Part shown: piece after piece, positions 1-13,455 of the stretch
Numbering within the stretch: the first letter of the stretch is position 1
How the letters are laid out: every line of letters begins with the position of its first letter
Source of the DNA: Eledone cirrhosa
Lineage: Eukaryota
Length of the DNA: 64,000 bases
Assembly: GCA_964016885.1 (NCBI GenBank)
Contig: OZ024745.1
Coordinates: 53,134,001-53,198,000 of the forward strand
Reading direction: 5' to 3'
Position numbers and translations under genes: made by a program
The notes under the pieces: model-generated
Databases searched by the model: none
The model's input: the letters and a program-made list of their open reading frames with translations, nothing else
What the model was told of the DNA's origin: nothing

Positions 1-803
1 ATTCCGTTCAACTCTCAATCAAACGCTATCGTCAAAGATGAGGATGAACATCTGCTTTCGCATATTTCCGTCTTCACAATAACATCTATATATTTCCTGT
101 CATTAACAATACTGCTGTATTTCTCTTTCCGGTAGTTTCATTATAGCTTCCTTTTTTCTTCATTAGTGGTAAAGTTAATTAATAAGTATACAATTTTAAA
201 CATACAACGGAAATTAAAATTATGAGTTCTATATTCTATGTTTGAAGAATGGTTGTTTCAATCATCTGCTATCACAATATAGTAATTATAAGAAAAGGCA
301 CTTGATAAAATCATGCCACAAATTCAAATTAACTTCCTTCGTATTCACTGAATGTATGTATCATTTCATATATTATTAGGATAGGATTTGAACATTTGAC
401 TTTTATCGTTTTGCTCAAAATCGACGTTCTTGTTTTCTTTTTCGGCTTAACTATCAAACAATTATTATCCATCTCTCTCTCTGGATATATATACAAGCAA
501 GCATTGATATAGCAAGCATTGATATAGATGTCATAAGCAAGAAGTATACCATTAACAATAATTCATTAAAAAAATTATGGCTGGTGTAATATTATTAAAA
601 TGAGCATATTAAGAGGATAATTGAAATACATATATGTTTCCAGTGTTGATTATTTTAATTGTCGAAATTTCAGTCAGTGAAATGTTCTAGTGAGGCTTTC
701 TTGTATTAGGTAACTATACTAGGAATGTACCCTCCGAAAATTTGCATAAGTTATTCAAAATTAGATATATTTGGGGGACATTTTTATTTAAATGGTCTGT
801 ATT

Positions 804-840
<37 letters not shown>

Positions 841-1005
841 GTGTGTGTGTGTGTGTGTATACATATATCCATATGGGGTTGGCGCCTGAGAGAAAGGAAT
901 ACTCAATAATACCGAAGTAGAATTTTAATATCAAATTTTATTAAGGCTAAATAGTTTCGTCTGTTTATCAAATGGTTCACTGGAGTAGAGGACTAGACAT
1001 CATCT

Positions 1006-1520
1006 AAGTCCATCCAATTTGATATAGCTGATTATTACTCGTCTGTCACACCGGTTCTTCTTAACAAGGCCCTTAGACATGTAGGGATTGCAACAACTAC
1101 TTCGACATAACTGTAGGTTCAAATAACTCGACCCATGTTACGAACATTGTCGAAATCTATCTCACGCATAAACTACATCCGGAATTTGTTTACTTTCAGG
1201 GCGGAATATACAGAATGACGTTCTTCTACCTGCAAAGAATGTCAACGGTCAACAGCTTAATGGAAGAAGGAAAGCTATAATATCCTTCTTTAATCATCTA
1301 AGCCTTAAAATATTCTTAAACCATGATTTTAGATTAGCTAATTTTTAGACGTGACGTTAGACTTCAACACTGGCCTTTCAAAAGAAAACGAAAATCTGAA
1401 TTATGTTAATAGGTATTCAAATTACACAAGATCTATTATCTTAGTTGGAAATGTGGCTCATAGAATCTATAGGCTCTCAGTCTTTGAGTCCACCTTCAAT
1501 GAATTTGAATTAGCAAACAT
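1006..1520 (+). pseudogene. Penelope-like element RT fragment (decayed)
   Basis: Translated pieces IQFDIADYYSSVTPVLLNKAL, FDITVGSNNSTHVTNIVEIYL, GGIYR and NFLDVTLDFNTGL...YVNRYSNY...HRIYRLS are colinear with the PLE RT at 50650-51250. Frameshifts and a deletion are present. Confidence 0.85.
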
Positions 1521-2593
1521 TATGCTAAACGCGTCCACGATACCAATTGCATAGAAATATTAAGATACGACTGACTTAGGAGACATTCGAAAATAGCAAC
1601 CGTCGATCACTATAAACTATAGTTTAAAAAGTCGTATAAACTTAATATTGAGAGGGGGAAAGTGAACAGGCTTGCGTGAAGACACACACCCACATGGATA
1701 ACAACTGATTGATCGATTAGTTGGTTGGTTGATTGGTTGGGTGATTTGTCGTTTAGTTGATTGTTTGATTGGCTTGTTGATTTACTGGATAATTGAAATA
1801 TGGAACGTAAGATTTGATTTATAAATACCATGTCATACAATTGGTTTAATATATCTGCTAGCTGTAATTGTATGACGTTCACATATTTTGGATAAGAATA
1901 TACTCGTTGTTTGAAATTATGAACTGAGTTGACACTCACAATGATATTCAACATGTACAAATGAAATAACTTGGATAGTCTAAATTTAAATCCTTGAAAC
2001 TGAAGAGTCGTGTTATTCCAAGAAATCGCTTCGCATATCTGATCGTTCATTTCATTCATAGCTTTATCTGAAGAATAAAATTAGTTTCTCGCTGAAGCAG
2101 AGCTTGTCACGTAAATTCGATTTAAACAGCCGAGGAAAACTGGGTGGCGTGTGTATAAAATGTATATTTGGTTTTTAAACATCATTTATTCTGCTTGTTT
2201 TTTAAATCAATGTAATTGAAAAGGATTGTGGATTTTTTCCAATTTTTGAAATGTAGCATTAAGCTGCTAAAATTGAATTGTTATTCACAATCAAACCTAT
2301 ATGATACCTGAGATCACAATTACTGTCTTGCTGAACTTTCCACAATGTATTAGAGTTATCGGAAGAAAATTACCATTAAGGAGACAATTGTTTGCGGCAA
2401 TACAGTTAAGAGTAGAAGAGATTACCTTATCGTTGCTCGAATGGTTTCGGAATTAAAATGTACAACGTTGCCTGTAAAATATTTACAATAGCTTACCTTA
2501 ATCAAAAGTCTATTTAATATCACATAATGAAAAGAGATTATATTTAAGAAATATCTGGCAAAATATATACATAATAATACAAAATATATACAA

Positions 2594-2645
2594 GGGCGGT
2601 GCCCCAGCATGGCCTCAGCCGGATGGCTGAAACAGGTAAAAGAGT
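2594..2645 (+). mobile_element. Short SINE/LINE 3' tail fragment
   Basis: GGGCGGTGCCCCAGCATGGCC...GGCTGAAACAGGTAAAAGA resembles a common octopod retroposon 3' end (from recall, not searched). Confidence 0.5.
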
Positions 2646-2850
2646 ATAAGTTTATATTAATAATTCCAGAGACTCTTACTTTTTCGGTTTTGGATATAAG
2701 GCATGAGTGTGGATGGTGCAATTTACTGCATCTGTAACGTTGTTAGTACGCAACGTTTCATTATAATATTTAAGTGACCTCATCTAGAGGCTATGGCCAT
2801 ATGCGTACAACATACGGAACATAGATTCTTTACTAGAAAATAAATTAAGT

Positions 2851-2899
2851 GCTTTCTGATGATTTCTTTTCAATGAAACAGTTCTAGTCCTGTAGAAGT
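2851..2899 (+). ncRNA. Type I hammerhead ribozyme, family 1 (stem II degenerate)
   Basis: GCTTT-CTGATGA-tttcttttcaat-GAAA-CAG ttctagtc CTG-TA-GAAGT; stems I and III pair. Confidence 0.65.
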
Positions 2900-3010
2900 C
2901 ATTTCTATAGTTAACATAATATTTGCACTCTAATAATGCATTGAGGGGTTACCCCCGATTGAAACCGGGATTCTCTCTCACACACACACACACACACATA
3001 TATATGAATA

Positions 3011-3108
<98 letters not shown>

Positions 3109-3458
3109 GTATCAAGAAAAATAAAACGTCGGCGTGAAGAGATTATGAATGTATTTGCTTTAACATATGTTTCAGTGTCCATTATAAATTGTCTACATAT
3201 GCTGACTACAATATATATTGTTCAATGCTTAATTATTTATTAAACTTCATCAGAGAGCATATAGTAGTAGAATTTAAGTATTTACTGCGCGGAAGAATTC
3301 AGTACTGAGATGTTCGTTTAAGAAAATGTAATTAATTTAAAAATAGCATAAAATACTTAGTGTAATAGTGAGAGGAGAGGGAGTGGGAGTTAAAGAGTTT
3401 CACACTATCAATCCGTGTGCCGTGATGTGGAATATATATATATTATTTTATTATGGAG

Positions 3459-3566
3459 ATCCCGCCGAGGTTAACTTTGCCTTTCATCCTTACGGGGTCG
3501 ATAAAATAAAGTACCAGTAATACACTGGATAATTGCTGACCTTGTGCCAAAAGTAGAAACAATCAT
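3459..3566 (+). mobile_element. Octopod tRNA-derived SINE, 5'-truncated
   Basis: Central block CCGAGGTTAACTTTGCCTTTCATCCTTACGGGGTCGATAAAATAAAGTACCAG and tail CCTTGTGCCAAAAGTAGAAACAAT are shared with the other copies. Confidence 0.9.
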
Positions 3567-4071
3567 TTTATTATACAGATATGATACCATTAATATTTTT
3601 TGAAGAAACAAATCGAATAATTCGGGTAAATAACCCTTGTAACATAATATTCAGATTGTCAAATTTAACCAATTTTTCCGTAACCTTATCGCTATATTCT
3701 TAAGTATAATCCATTGTGATGGTTTAGGTGGTGATAGCTTGGTCAGGTTATTTTGATGCAGTGATTATCGTGTGGATTTGCACACTATTCTAATTTATAT
3801 GTGTATATTACAGACTAATCCTTGCCGTTCATTTATTTATATCACGAAGCCCTACCTTTTTTTAATTGATTCTAGAGGACTCATAGTAAATGAATTCATC
3901 GGTTAGATGAATTAAGAGATACATTTTGATATTCATGTTTTTATGTACGATTGTGTATATGTGTAAAAGCTCATGCTTTTCTCACTTATATGTGGTTGTT
4001 TGTTTACTATTATCTATGTATATGTGTGCGTTTGAATGTGTGTTTTTGTAAAGTTCTACTTTTTTGTTCGA

Positions 4072-4118
<47 letters not shown>

Positions 4119-4715
4119 TTCAGTTATTCATTGTAAGTATACTGCACTATATCATTGCATACATGTAAAAAAATCGTATGCGCAAAATTCGTAAACGCGT
4201 AATCTTTCATACACTGTTGCATTTCATACATATATTGATATTTGCAGGTCGACAGATAGTCGAAGAGATATCACATGGAACAACTAACAGTTACAATGAA
4301 CTTCGGTATCTTTTCTATGTAAATGTATGCGATCGACATCTAGCGGACATCCATCTGGACAGAAGTCAATAACCATAAACAGATTACTTAATCAATGACT
4401 TCTGTAATCCTTATTAGGCTTACAACGGCCAACTACTATCCGATGTCGCTGTTTCTACCCCACCCACTTCTCTCTCTCTCTCTCTCAAATGATGCGCACA
4501 TAGCTCAAGCAACTAACCTTGGATCTTTTCTGACAGCTCTCTGTACTGATAGTATCCAGAATCCACAAACATCTATCGATCCCCATTGCACATGGAGAGC
4601 TATTCGATCATACGAAATAGATATGCATATTACGGCGAATGGAATCCAGTCCCAGTGGAGTAGTAAAACTTTTTTTCATCGCTAGTTTCAAATTATTATC
4701 TATTGCATCTTATTG

Positions 4716-4785
4716 TAGCAGCAGCAGCAGCAGCAGCAGCACTGGCGGCAGTAGTAGTAGTAGTGGTGGTGGTGGTGGTGGCGGC

Positions 4786-4826
<41 letters not shown>

Positions 4827-4848
4827 CAGCAGCAGCAGCAGCAGCCGC

Positions 4849-4901
<53 letters not shown>

Positions 4902-4917
4902 CAACAGCAGCAGCAGC

Positions 4918-4973
<56 letters not shown>

Positions 4974-4983
4974 CAGCAACAGC

Positions 4984-5027
<44 letters not shown>

Positions 5028-5181
5028 CAGTAGCAGCCACAGCAGCAGCAGCAGTAGTAGTAGTAGTAGCAGCAGAAGCAGCAGCCACAGCAGCAGTAGT
5101 AGTAGTAGTAGCAGTAGTAGTAGTAGTAGTAGTAGCAGCAACAGCAGCAGCAGCAGTAGTAGTAGTAGTAGTAGTAGTAGT
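4716..5181. repeat. (AGT)n/(AGC)n/(GGT)n trinucleotide microsatellite
   Basis: Seen directly; it explains the poly-S/V/L/T ORFs. Confidence 0.97.
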
Positions 5182-5638
5182 GGAGCGAGGTGGTAGTTAT
5201 TGCTGTTGTTATGGTAGTTGTTGTAGTTGCTGCTGTAACTGTTGGTGTATTTCTAAGTGTTATTGCTTTATTTGTTTTTGTTTACTTTAATGACGAAACA
5301 TTGATAATCTTCAAAATGTCAAATACAAAGTTTCGTGGTATTCTTATTCTCATTGTGCGGTAATTCGGTATCGATATTTGAGTTAGATTCTCGCCTATAG
5401 TAAATATAATTCATTTGCAAATACTAATACTAAATTCCGATAAGTATGATAATACTAATACTAAATTCCGAAGAGTATGATAATTATACCTATTAGAAGG
5501 GGACTCTATCCATTTTTGAGCGAAGATGTGATAGAAATGGTTAGACATCTAAATCTATTTCCAAAATTTGGATTTGCATCACATCAATCCGATTTGAAAT
5601 CTTATTGGATTTGACTTTTATTATTAATCCGTAAACAA

Positions 5639-5854
5639 GGGTGGTGGATTGGCAGTATCGGTAGAGTCGGACGCCATGCTTTGCAGCATAGAGTTATGGT
5701 CCTTTACTGTCTGAGTTCAAATCCTGTCGAGGTTAACTTTGCCTTTCATCCTTACGGGATCGATAAAATAAAGCACCAGTAACGTACCGGTTCGATTTGG
5801 TTCGACTTTCCCCTCCCGCCAAATTACTGGCCTTGTGCCTATACTACAAATCAT
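5639..5854 (+). mobile_element. Octopod tRNA-derived SINE, full length
   Basis: A-box-like TGGCAGTATCGG, B-box GAGTTCAAATCC, central block and tail. Confidence 0.9.
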
Positions 5855-7131
5855 ATGCTTTCATAGTCACTAAATTAAATTATCAGTGCATGCAGGTGGG
5901 TTGGCAGAACTGTTAAAGTGTCGAAATAGATGCCCATCAGTACCTATTTCGACACTTTACGTTCTAAATCGAAGAGTCCCTCTTTATCGAAATGTTTGGT
6001 AGTATCTTTCTTGCAAGCATTTACCTTACGTTTCCATATATAGGTTCGTACGTGCTACGTTACCCCACCCCCACCCTCGGTTAAACTGTAAAGTAATTGT
6101 TATACAACAGTTAGGTTTGGAGATAATTAGCTGCGATTCTCCAAATGTTGATATTATTACCCAACCATAGAACTCCTTATTTCTATAGCTGCTAGTACTT
6201 GACATTATTCTTTTTTTTGTCCCAGTTCAAGCCTAGCGGATGAGACAATCATGTCGATTCCGAAGACGAAATGAACTACTTCATCATATGTCAGGTATAG
6301 AAGAATGTTTACTCAAATAACTTACAAGTATTAGCTTCATGCATGTACCTTTTGGAATAATATAGTGTTTTGCATTCCATTCCTGTTGCGTTGAAAAACA
6401 GTAACTATCAGTAATGAACCCAGGGTATTCAATCCTTCAGGAAACACGTAAAAGGATATCTTTTTTAATGACCAAAGGAACACATTCCCTCTATTTGTCA
6501 CTTGATCAGCTTGAAATAGCAGCTAAAGCACCCTCATATGTTAGGCTACTGTATTTATAAAATTACATATCGGTTAATGAAGAACTTGACATACATTATC
6601 TGAAAATTATACGCGCGGTTGCAGTAACTTTGCTCATTTATCCGATCGACCTTGGATGACTTGCAGTTAAATAACAACGGCAGTTTGATTAAACCTGCTA
6701 AATAGATAAATAGAAATCAAATAGTAGCTTAAAGAAAAAGATCTGTGGTTTTAATACAGAGTCACATAATAATATATGTTGCACCTCTAAATCTAGATGA
6801 AGTTGTAATGGTTTCGTCGTGATATTCGGCGTTTTGGGTACTTTAATCCTGCCTAGGTTCATCTACCTTCGGCAGGTTTCTTCCCGAGAAAGTGGGGGAG
6901 AAGGAAAAGGAAGGAATAAGAATGAAATGTGGAGAAGGAATCGAACACAGACCTGGACTGGTACTTTTTTCTTGACATCGAAATTATGAAATGCAAATTA
7001 TATCTCCGGGACCGCAGAAAGACGGAACGATTCCAGCAGAAAATTGTATCCAATGTTCTAATGACATAGACAACTTAAACATTTTAATATGCAATTATAA
7101 AATTAAAACAGTTTAACGTATTTGGGCATTA

Positions 7132-7522
7132 TTATTTTTAGCTTAAGCATGGCGTCGAGACCCTCTACCGATACTGCCAATTCACCGCCCTTAAGCTAAA
7201 AATAATTGTTTCTACTTTTGGCACGAGGCCAGCAATTATCCCAGTGTAATAAAGTACCAGTAATACACTGGGATAATTGCTGGCCTTGTGCCAAAAGTAG
7301 AAACAATTATTTTTAGCTTAAGGGCGGTGAATTGGCAGCATCGGTAGAGGGTCTCGACGCCATGCTTTCCAGCATAGTTACGTCCCTTTACGATCTGAGT
7401 TCAAATCCTGCCGAGGTTGACTTTGCCTTTCATCCTTACGGGGTCGATAAAATAAAGTACCAGGAATGCACTGAATAATTGCTGGCCTTGTGCCTAAAGT
7501 AGAAACAATTATTTTTAGCTTA
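7132..7522. mobile_element. SINE (full copy 7322-7507, +) with a fold-back duplication
   Basis: Inverted arms 7146-7248 and 7264-7366. The flank ATTATTTTTAGCTTA recurs at about 7132, 7307 and 7508, and inverted at about 7192. Confidence 0.9.
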
Positions 7523-8439
7523 TACACAATCAATTGATGATTTGTCTTTCAGATACAAATTCATGTCCTCCAATTTCAGCCGTTCTTTTACATATGTAGA
7601 AGTATATTCAAATCTGAAATCTCCCTGAAACACTCCTCAATGATATGCAAGTTTCTCACTAATTAATGCTATATGGACATGCTACGAGATACATCAAAGG
7701 TTAAAGGGAATAGAAAAAAAAACTTTAGAGTAGGGAAATAGAACTATGATTCTGCAGTTGACAATCGGAAACCAAATAATTGTTAGGGCCAGTTTTACTT
7801 GATAATCTATGTATACAAAAACCAACATCAACAGCCATATATATATATATATGTGTGTGTGTTTATGTAGTTATATATATGTGTGTTTGTGCATCTGTCT
7901 TTATGGATACAATTTACATACACAGTTGTATAATTACGTAAATGTTTGTGTTTAAAATCTGAAAAGAAACGTACTTAATTCTTTTGAAGTTGCTATGTCA
8001 CAAATTTCACGTTTTGATCTTCATGTAAGTGCCCTAATAATCGGAAATGCGAATCTACTTGTAATTTCTGATGTTTAAGCTTCAAAGTAAAAACCACATT
8101 CGTAGCTGTGTGTTTGTATGTAGGAACAATCTAGTGATATCAACTATATAGCCAGAACCATTAAAAATATAGTTTTACACTTCGGACCAAACGTTTGATA
8201 GCAGTAAAGATAGGACTTACTAGCAGAGAGAGAAAAACGCTTTCACAGCTGTTTTGATATATAAGTATAATCTTCCTTCAGATAGGCTTAAACGATCGGG
8301 GATACAAAATTAATTAATATAAGTTTTGTTTCATGTACTGTCAAACAATAAGGAAAATGTATTAAGCAAAATGTTCTGATCTGCAGCGTTATATGCTGGA
8401 AATCAGTATAAAGCTTAGTGCTCATTGATGTAATACATA

Positions 8440-9185
8440 CATCTAGTTATCTGCAATATGGGACTACTTAGCCAAAAAAGCCCACAAAACTGGGAGGTCC
8501 AGGTCAACATTCAATATAAACAGAGGACATGTTGTGGATAAGGAAGTTAGGATCAAGTATGAAGCTTTTATTGCATCGAAACTCGGAGAATTCCCTGAAA
8601 AAAGTTAGGACATTTAAACAGAGAGAAGATTGATTAGCTTGGCAGTTTCTGATTCAGTAGTTATATGCTGCGAGCTCAAGTGGCTTGGTGTAGCAGTAGT
8701 TGGCAGGAGGACCCCATGGTTCAATCAAGTGATCAAAGATATCATCCGAGGCATACAAACATTAAGTCCTCCTTCTATCACATGGTGAACAAGCAGGCGC
8801 GAGAATTCGCAGCAAAGTGGATAAATTCGTCCAAAGTTTTGACATGGGAAGACTTTGGGGTTAAGGTAGAATCCGACTTCAGATCAGGAAATAAATTGGC
8901 CATCCACTGACTTAAATAAGATGTCCTCCTCTATACTTGCTATCAGCAATGCGTCAGGGGTTCTTCTCGCTTCAGAGAAGTGCATATTCGTGAGGTGGCG
9001 AATATGCTTTACCAATCTTCCAAATACAGTCACAATAGCTTTGTCTAATTGCATATAGGAGCGATGACTAATTTATAGAAGGCTGAAGTCATAAGGGCAA
9101 TTAAAGAGATCAAATGTGGTATGGTCACTGGGGAGGATGAAATTCTAGCTGAGATGTTAAAAGCCTTAAATAGAGAAGGCTTCAA
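8440..9185 (+). pseudogene. RTE-clade LINE fragment (EN-RT linker and RT start), decayed
   Basis: Remnants TWEDFGVKVESDF and EAEVIRAIKEIKCG..GEDEILAEMLKALNREG. Confidence 0.65.
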
Positions 9186-9562
9186 ATAATCTGCCTCTGT
9201 AATCTATAATTTTGCAGAAAGAGATTCCACGTTTGCTACTTCCTTTTCTCCAACATCCACATTAACCACTTTCGACAACATTGCTGTAAATCATAATTTT
9301 CCGTCCATACAAATAATTGCAATCTGCAGTAGAAGCAGATCCCGCTCATCCAACCTAATAAAAATCGCTGCTCTGATAAGCTCTCTTCCTTTATACGTGA
9401 ATGGTTCGACACAGAGCAAGAATATATCATCGTCAAACAATATTATTGCTTCCAGGCGACGCATACCAGTTGATATAAATACATTAACATATTACTATTA
9501 CTTATCAGCAATTTCTCTACCTCTCAGACACAAACTCTTCCTCTCTGTCGCTCTCTCTGTCG

Positions 9563-9637
<75 letters not shown>

Positions 9638-9651
9638 ATTTAATATAGATG

Positions 9652-9702
9652 AGATTCTACAGGACTAGAACTGTTTCATTCTTTAGAAATCATCAGGAAT
9701 CT
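9652..9702 (-). ncRNA. Type I hammerhead ribozyme, family 1
   Basis: Reverse complement is identical to 10661-10711. Confidence 0.8.
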
Positions 9703-10265
9703 GGGTATCAACAAATAAATATGGTATTTATAGGTCTCTACAAGTGGTAGGAGAGGGTGGGGAGTGGGATGGGTGTAGGTCATTGGTTGATAGAAAAGGG
9801 AATTCATTAAAAGCTAATTCTACAAAGTTTATTTTTATTAATTTTTGTTTTTAGAGTAACAAAGGCAGACAGAATTCTATAAACAGGTTCCGGATGGCAT
9901 ACCATTCCTTGTCATTAAGTTTCTCTTAAGCTAACAGATGTCTATAAGATCAGTGGGGGGTCAGTCATGGTAGATAGAATTAAAGGAAAGGGAGATTCTT
10001 TAAAAGCTAAATTCATTAAGGTTCTACTAAATGACAAAGGTTTAGAGAATTCTGTAGACAGATTCAAAATACTTAGTGCATATCTTACAATTATCTTCGA
10101 ACTTCTCTTAAACTAATCAACTATATGCCAAAAATCAACAGACACATTCACAAAAAAACACACTCACTCACACACTCGCGCGCAACCATAAACACACATA
10201 CACATACACATATACACACATAAAAACACACACACATATATAAATATATTTATATATACACATAT

Positions 10266-10316
<51 letters not shown>

Positions 10317-10660
10317 CATATATACATACACACATACATATATATATACACACACACACACACACATATATACACATATATATACACTCACACACATACA
10401 TACATACACACAAACATACATGTTAGCTTAAGAGAAACTTAATGACAAGGAATGGTATGCCATCCGGAACCTGTTTATAGAATTCTGTCTGCCTTTGTTA
10501 CTCTAAAAACAAAAAATAATAAAAATAAGCTATAGCTTTGTAGAATTAGCTTTTAATGAATTCCCTTTTCTATCAACCAATGACCTACACCCATCCCACT
10601 CCCCACCCTCTCCTACCACTTGTAGAGACCTATAAATACCATATTTATTTTTTGATACCC

Positions 10661-10711
10661 AGATTCCTGATGATTTCTAAAGAATGAAACAGTTCTAGTC
10701 CTGTAGAATCT
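10661..10711 (+). ncRNA. Type I hammerhead ribozyme, family 1
   Basis: AGATTC-CTGATGA-t TTC taaa GAA t-GAAA-CAG ttctagtc CTG-TA-GAATCT: 6-bp stem I, intact core, GUA cleavage triplet. Confidence 0.8.
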
Positions 10712-10793
10712 CATCTATATTAAATCTTTTATACTCTACAATGTATTGAGTACCTTACTTACTGTGGTTACCTCCGATTCAACCCGGAATAAC

Positions 10794-10829
<36 letters not shown>

Positions 10830-10830
<1 letters not shown>

Positions 10831-11385
10831 CTCTCTTCTTCTGATTAGTGAATGCTGAAGCGGGATCATTACTGTACCAGCTTTTGCAATTCTTGCACTT
10901 AATTCAGCCTCTTGCCTTCCTTCACTTGTGAATATAGCCCTGAGATACCTAAACCTCTCTACCTACTTCAGTGAAAAACCATTCAAATGTGCACTGTACA
11001 TGCCTCATTGATAGGACGTGTTCCACAGGTTTTGCATCACAGAGTTTCATTCCAGCTATGGAGCACTCGACATCAATGCTATCGTATACAAATAAGAGAT
11101 CGCCGTCTCTCGAGTTTGATAACAAGATGTCGTCTGCAAATTCTAGCGAACTGATACACCCGACTGCGATTGTCAAAACTGTTCATGTAAATAATGAACT
11201 GGAGAGGTAACAGTACATACCGTTGGTGGAGTCCGACTCCCGCATTGAATTGTTTTAATTTAGCACCATTTATCCGACGACAAATACTCTGGAATACTTA
11301 TAAAGACATCAGGACAGCAAGAAGATGACCATCGATCACATGCTCCTGCAGAACCTTCCACACCAGGTCCAGGTGAACGTGGTCA
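10830..11385 (-). pseudogene. RTE-clade LINE RT fragment
   Basis: YDHVHLDLVWKVLQEHVIDGHLL and LEFADDILL...GMKL motifs. Confidence 0.75.
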
Positions 11386-11739
11386 TATATATATATATAT
11401 ATTCTTTGTCGTGTTTCTCTGTGCTGGCAACCTAAGCATGATCCCTCATTAAATTTAATTCTTTTCCCTTGCGAATCAAACCTCATGAGGTTTCGGAAAT
11501 CCATTGCGCAGGAAGGAAATCCATGCCTATAATGAATCCACCTCTTTTGCCGGCTCCAGATGTAATGGCTTTTGTTCTTCGTCAGGAACCTGGCCGAAAT
11601 TGCAGATCCTCATTTGCGTAGCACATTATTCAGAAGACTCTCCATGTGTCAGTACGAGAGTCCGCAAGCAAAGACAACTAAGACCAAACCCTTGTTAATG
11701 ACATCATTTCGCCGTCGCCTGTAACCATGTAACCGTTGG

Positions 11740-11777
<38 letters not shown>

Positions 11778-11802
11778 ACGCACACACACACGCACATATA
11801 CA

Positions 11803-11879
<77 letters not shown>

Positions 11880-11932
11880 GTATATATTTGTTCTACGTCA
11901 GGAAACTGGCCGAAATTGCAGATCCTCATTTG

Positions 11933-11969
<37 letters not shown>

Positions 11970-11995
11970 ATTTAGACTATACATATATATATATA

Positions 11996-12519
11996 TAGTC
12001 ATTTAGATTATTGAGCGCTTGCCAGCATGACTCGGAATTTGCGTTACGTTTCGCTTTTTCTACCCGCCGAAATGCGATTCTCGCTGAATTTATATTTATA
12101 TATATATATATATCCTGACATATATTATATATACATATATATACATATAACAAAGGAATTGTGGTAAGGGACCAGATGGCCCATAACGCACCAGAGTACT
12201 CAATACTTAGGGTAGTAGAGTGGGAAATAGGAAAAAGTATGAAAAAAACGGAATGAGCTCTGCCGTCGGGGTCATACTTTTTCCTATTTCCCACTCTACT
12301 ACCCTAAGTATTGAGTACCCTGGTGCATTATGGTCCATCTGGTCCCTTACCACAATTCCTTTGTTATATGTATATATATGTATATACAATATATGTCAGG
12401 ATATATATATATATATAAATATAAATTCAGCGAGAATCTCATTTCGGCGGGTAGAAAAAGCGAAACGTAACGCAAATTCCGAGTCATGCTGGCAAGCGCT
12501 CCTTAGTCTAAATAACTAT
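11996..12519. repeat. ~520-bp near-perfect palindrome (arms 11996-12242 / 12272-12519)
   Basis: Arms are reverse complements and contain two repeat families plus (TA)n; the spacer is 29 nt. Confidence 0.93.
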
Positions 12520-13162
12520 ATATATATTTATATTCTCGCTAAATTTATATTTGTATTAATCTCCCAAGTCAAGCGATTAACCAGTTAATTTTCTTTGGCT
12601 TTTTAGTTAACTCTATTGACTGATTAATCGCTTAAGTTTATCTTAAAAACAACTCGATCGAGAGCTAAATTCGTTTTGTGCTGTTTTTGCAAATGTTTGC
12701 AATAACTACACATGCTGAATTCACTGGCCAAAATAGGGGTTGCCTCCCCTTAGAACCTCACATGTGCTTTCATAACCTGTGAGATTCTGGCGCACGAAGA
12801 GCAAAATGGCTGTTGAGAAAGCGATGCCTTCGATCATTATACCAAAAGCTTATTTTTATAAGCAGACAGTATTATTGGTTTAGGTGTTGCAGAAACCCAA
12901 ATATCGGATTATTCCATCTTCCCCGAGGGTCCGGGTAACTATTTCAATCATATCTTATGTTGTTTGACCCGTTTAGCTTGTTCTCTTTTTTGGCTAAGGT
13001 GGTTAATGGCTTCTTAACCATCGTCTCAGTTTGTATGATCTTTTTAAGTTATGTTTATAGCTCTGGTATCTTCATATCCATGGAGCGCTTGTCAGCACAA
13101 TATGGAAGTTGCGTTTCGCCAATTTCTACCCGCCGAAATGCGATTCTCACTAAATTTATATT

Positions 13163-13455
<293 letters not shown>

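Larger units (their letters stand above)
9636..10727. repeat. ~300-bp inverted repeat (9636-9936 / 10421-10727), PLE pseudo-LTR-like, with an HHR in each arm
   Basis: Near-identical reverse-complement arms, flanked by (TA)n. Confidence 0.92.

Noticed and set aside
2745-2792. Minus-strand TAGATGA..GAAACGTTGCGTA; also 6852-6885 and 49430-49490
   Set aside because: Only parts of an HHR; the stems do not close.
4248-4372. Candidate exon after TTTGCAG
   Set aside because: No homology and only a weak donor.
4639-5290. Poly-Ser/Val/Leu/Thr ORFs
   Set aside because: A trinucleotide microsatellite that is open in several frames.
11470-11590. Minus-strand GAAACCTCATGAGGTT palindrome with a distant CTGACGA
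   Set aside because: No stem I or convincing stem II.
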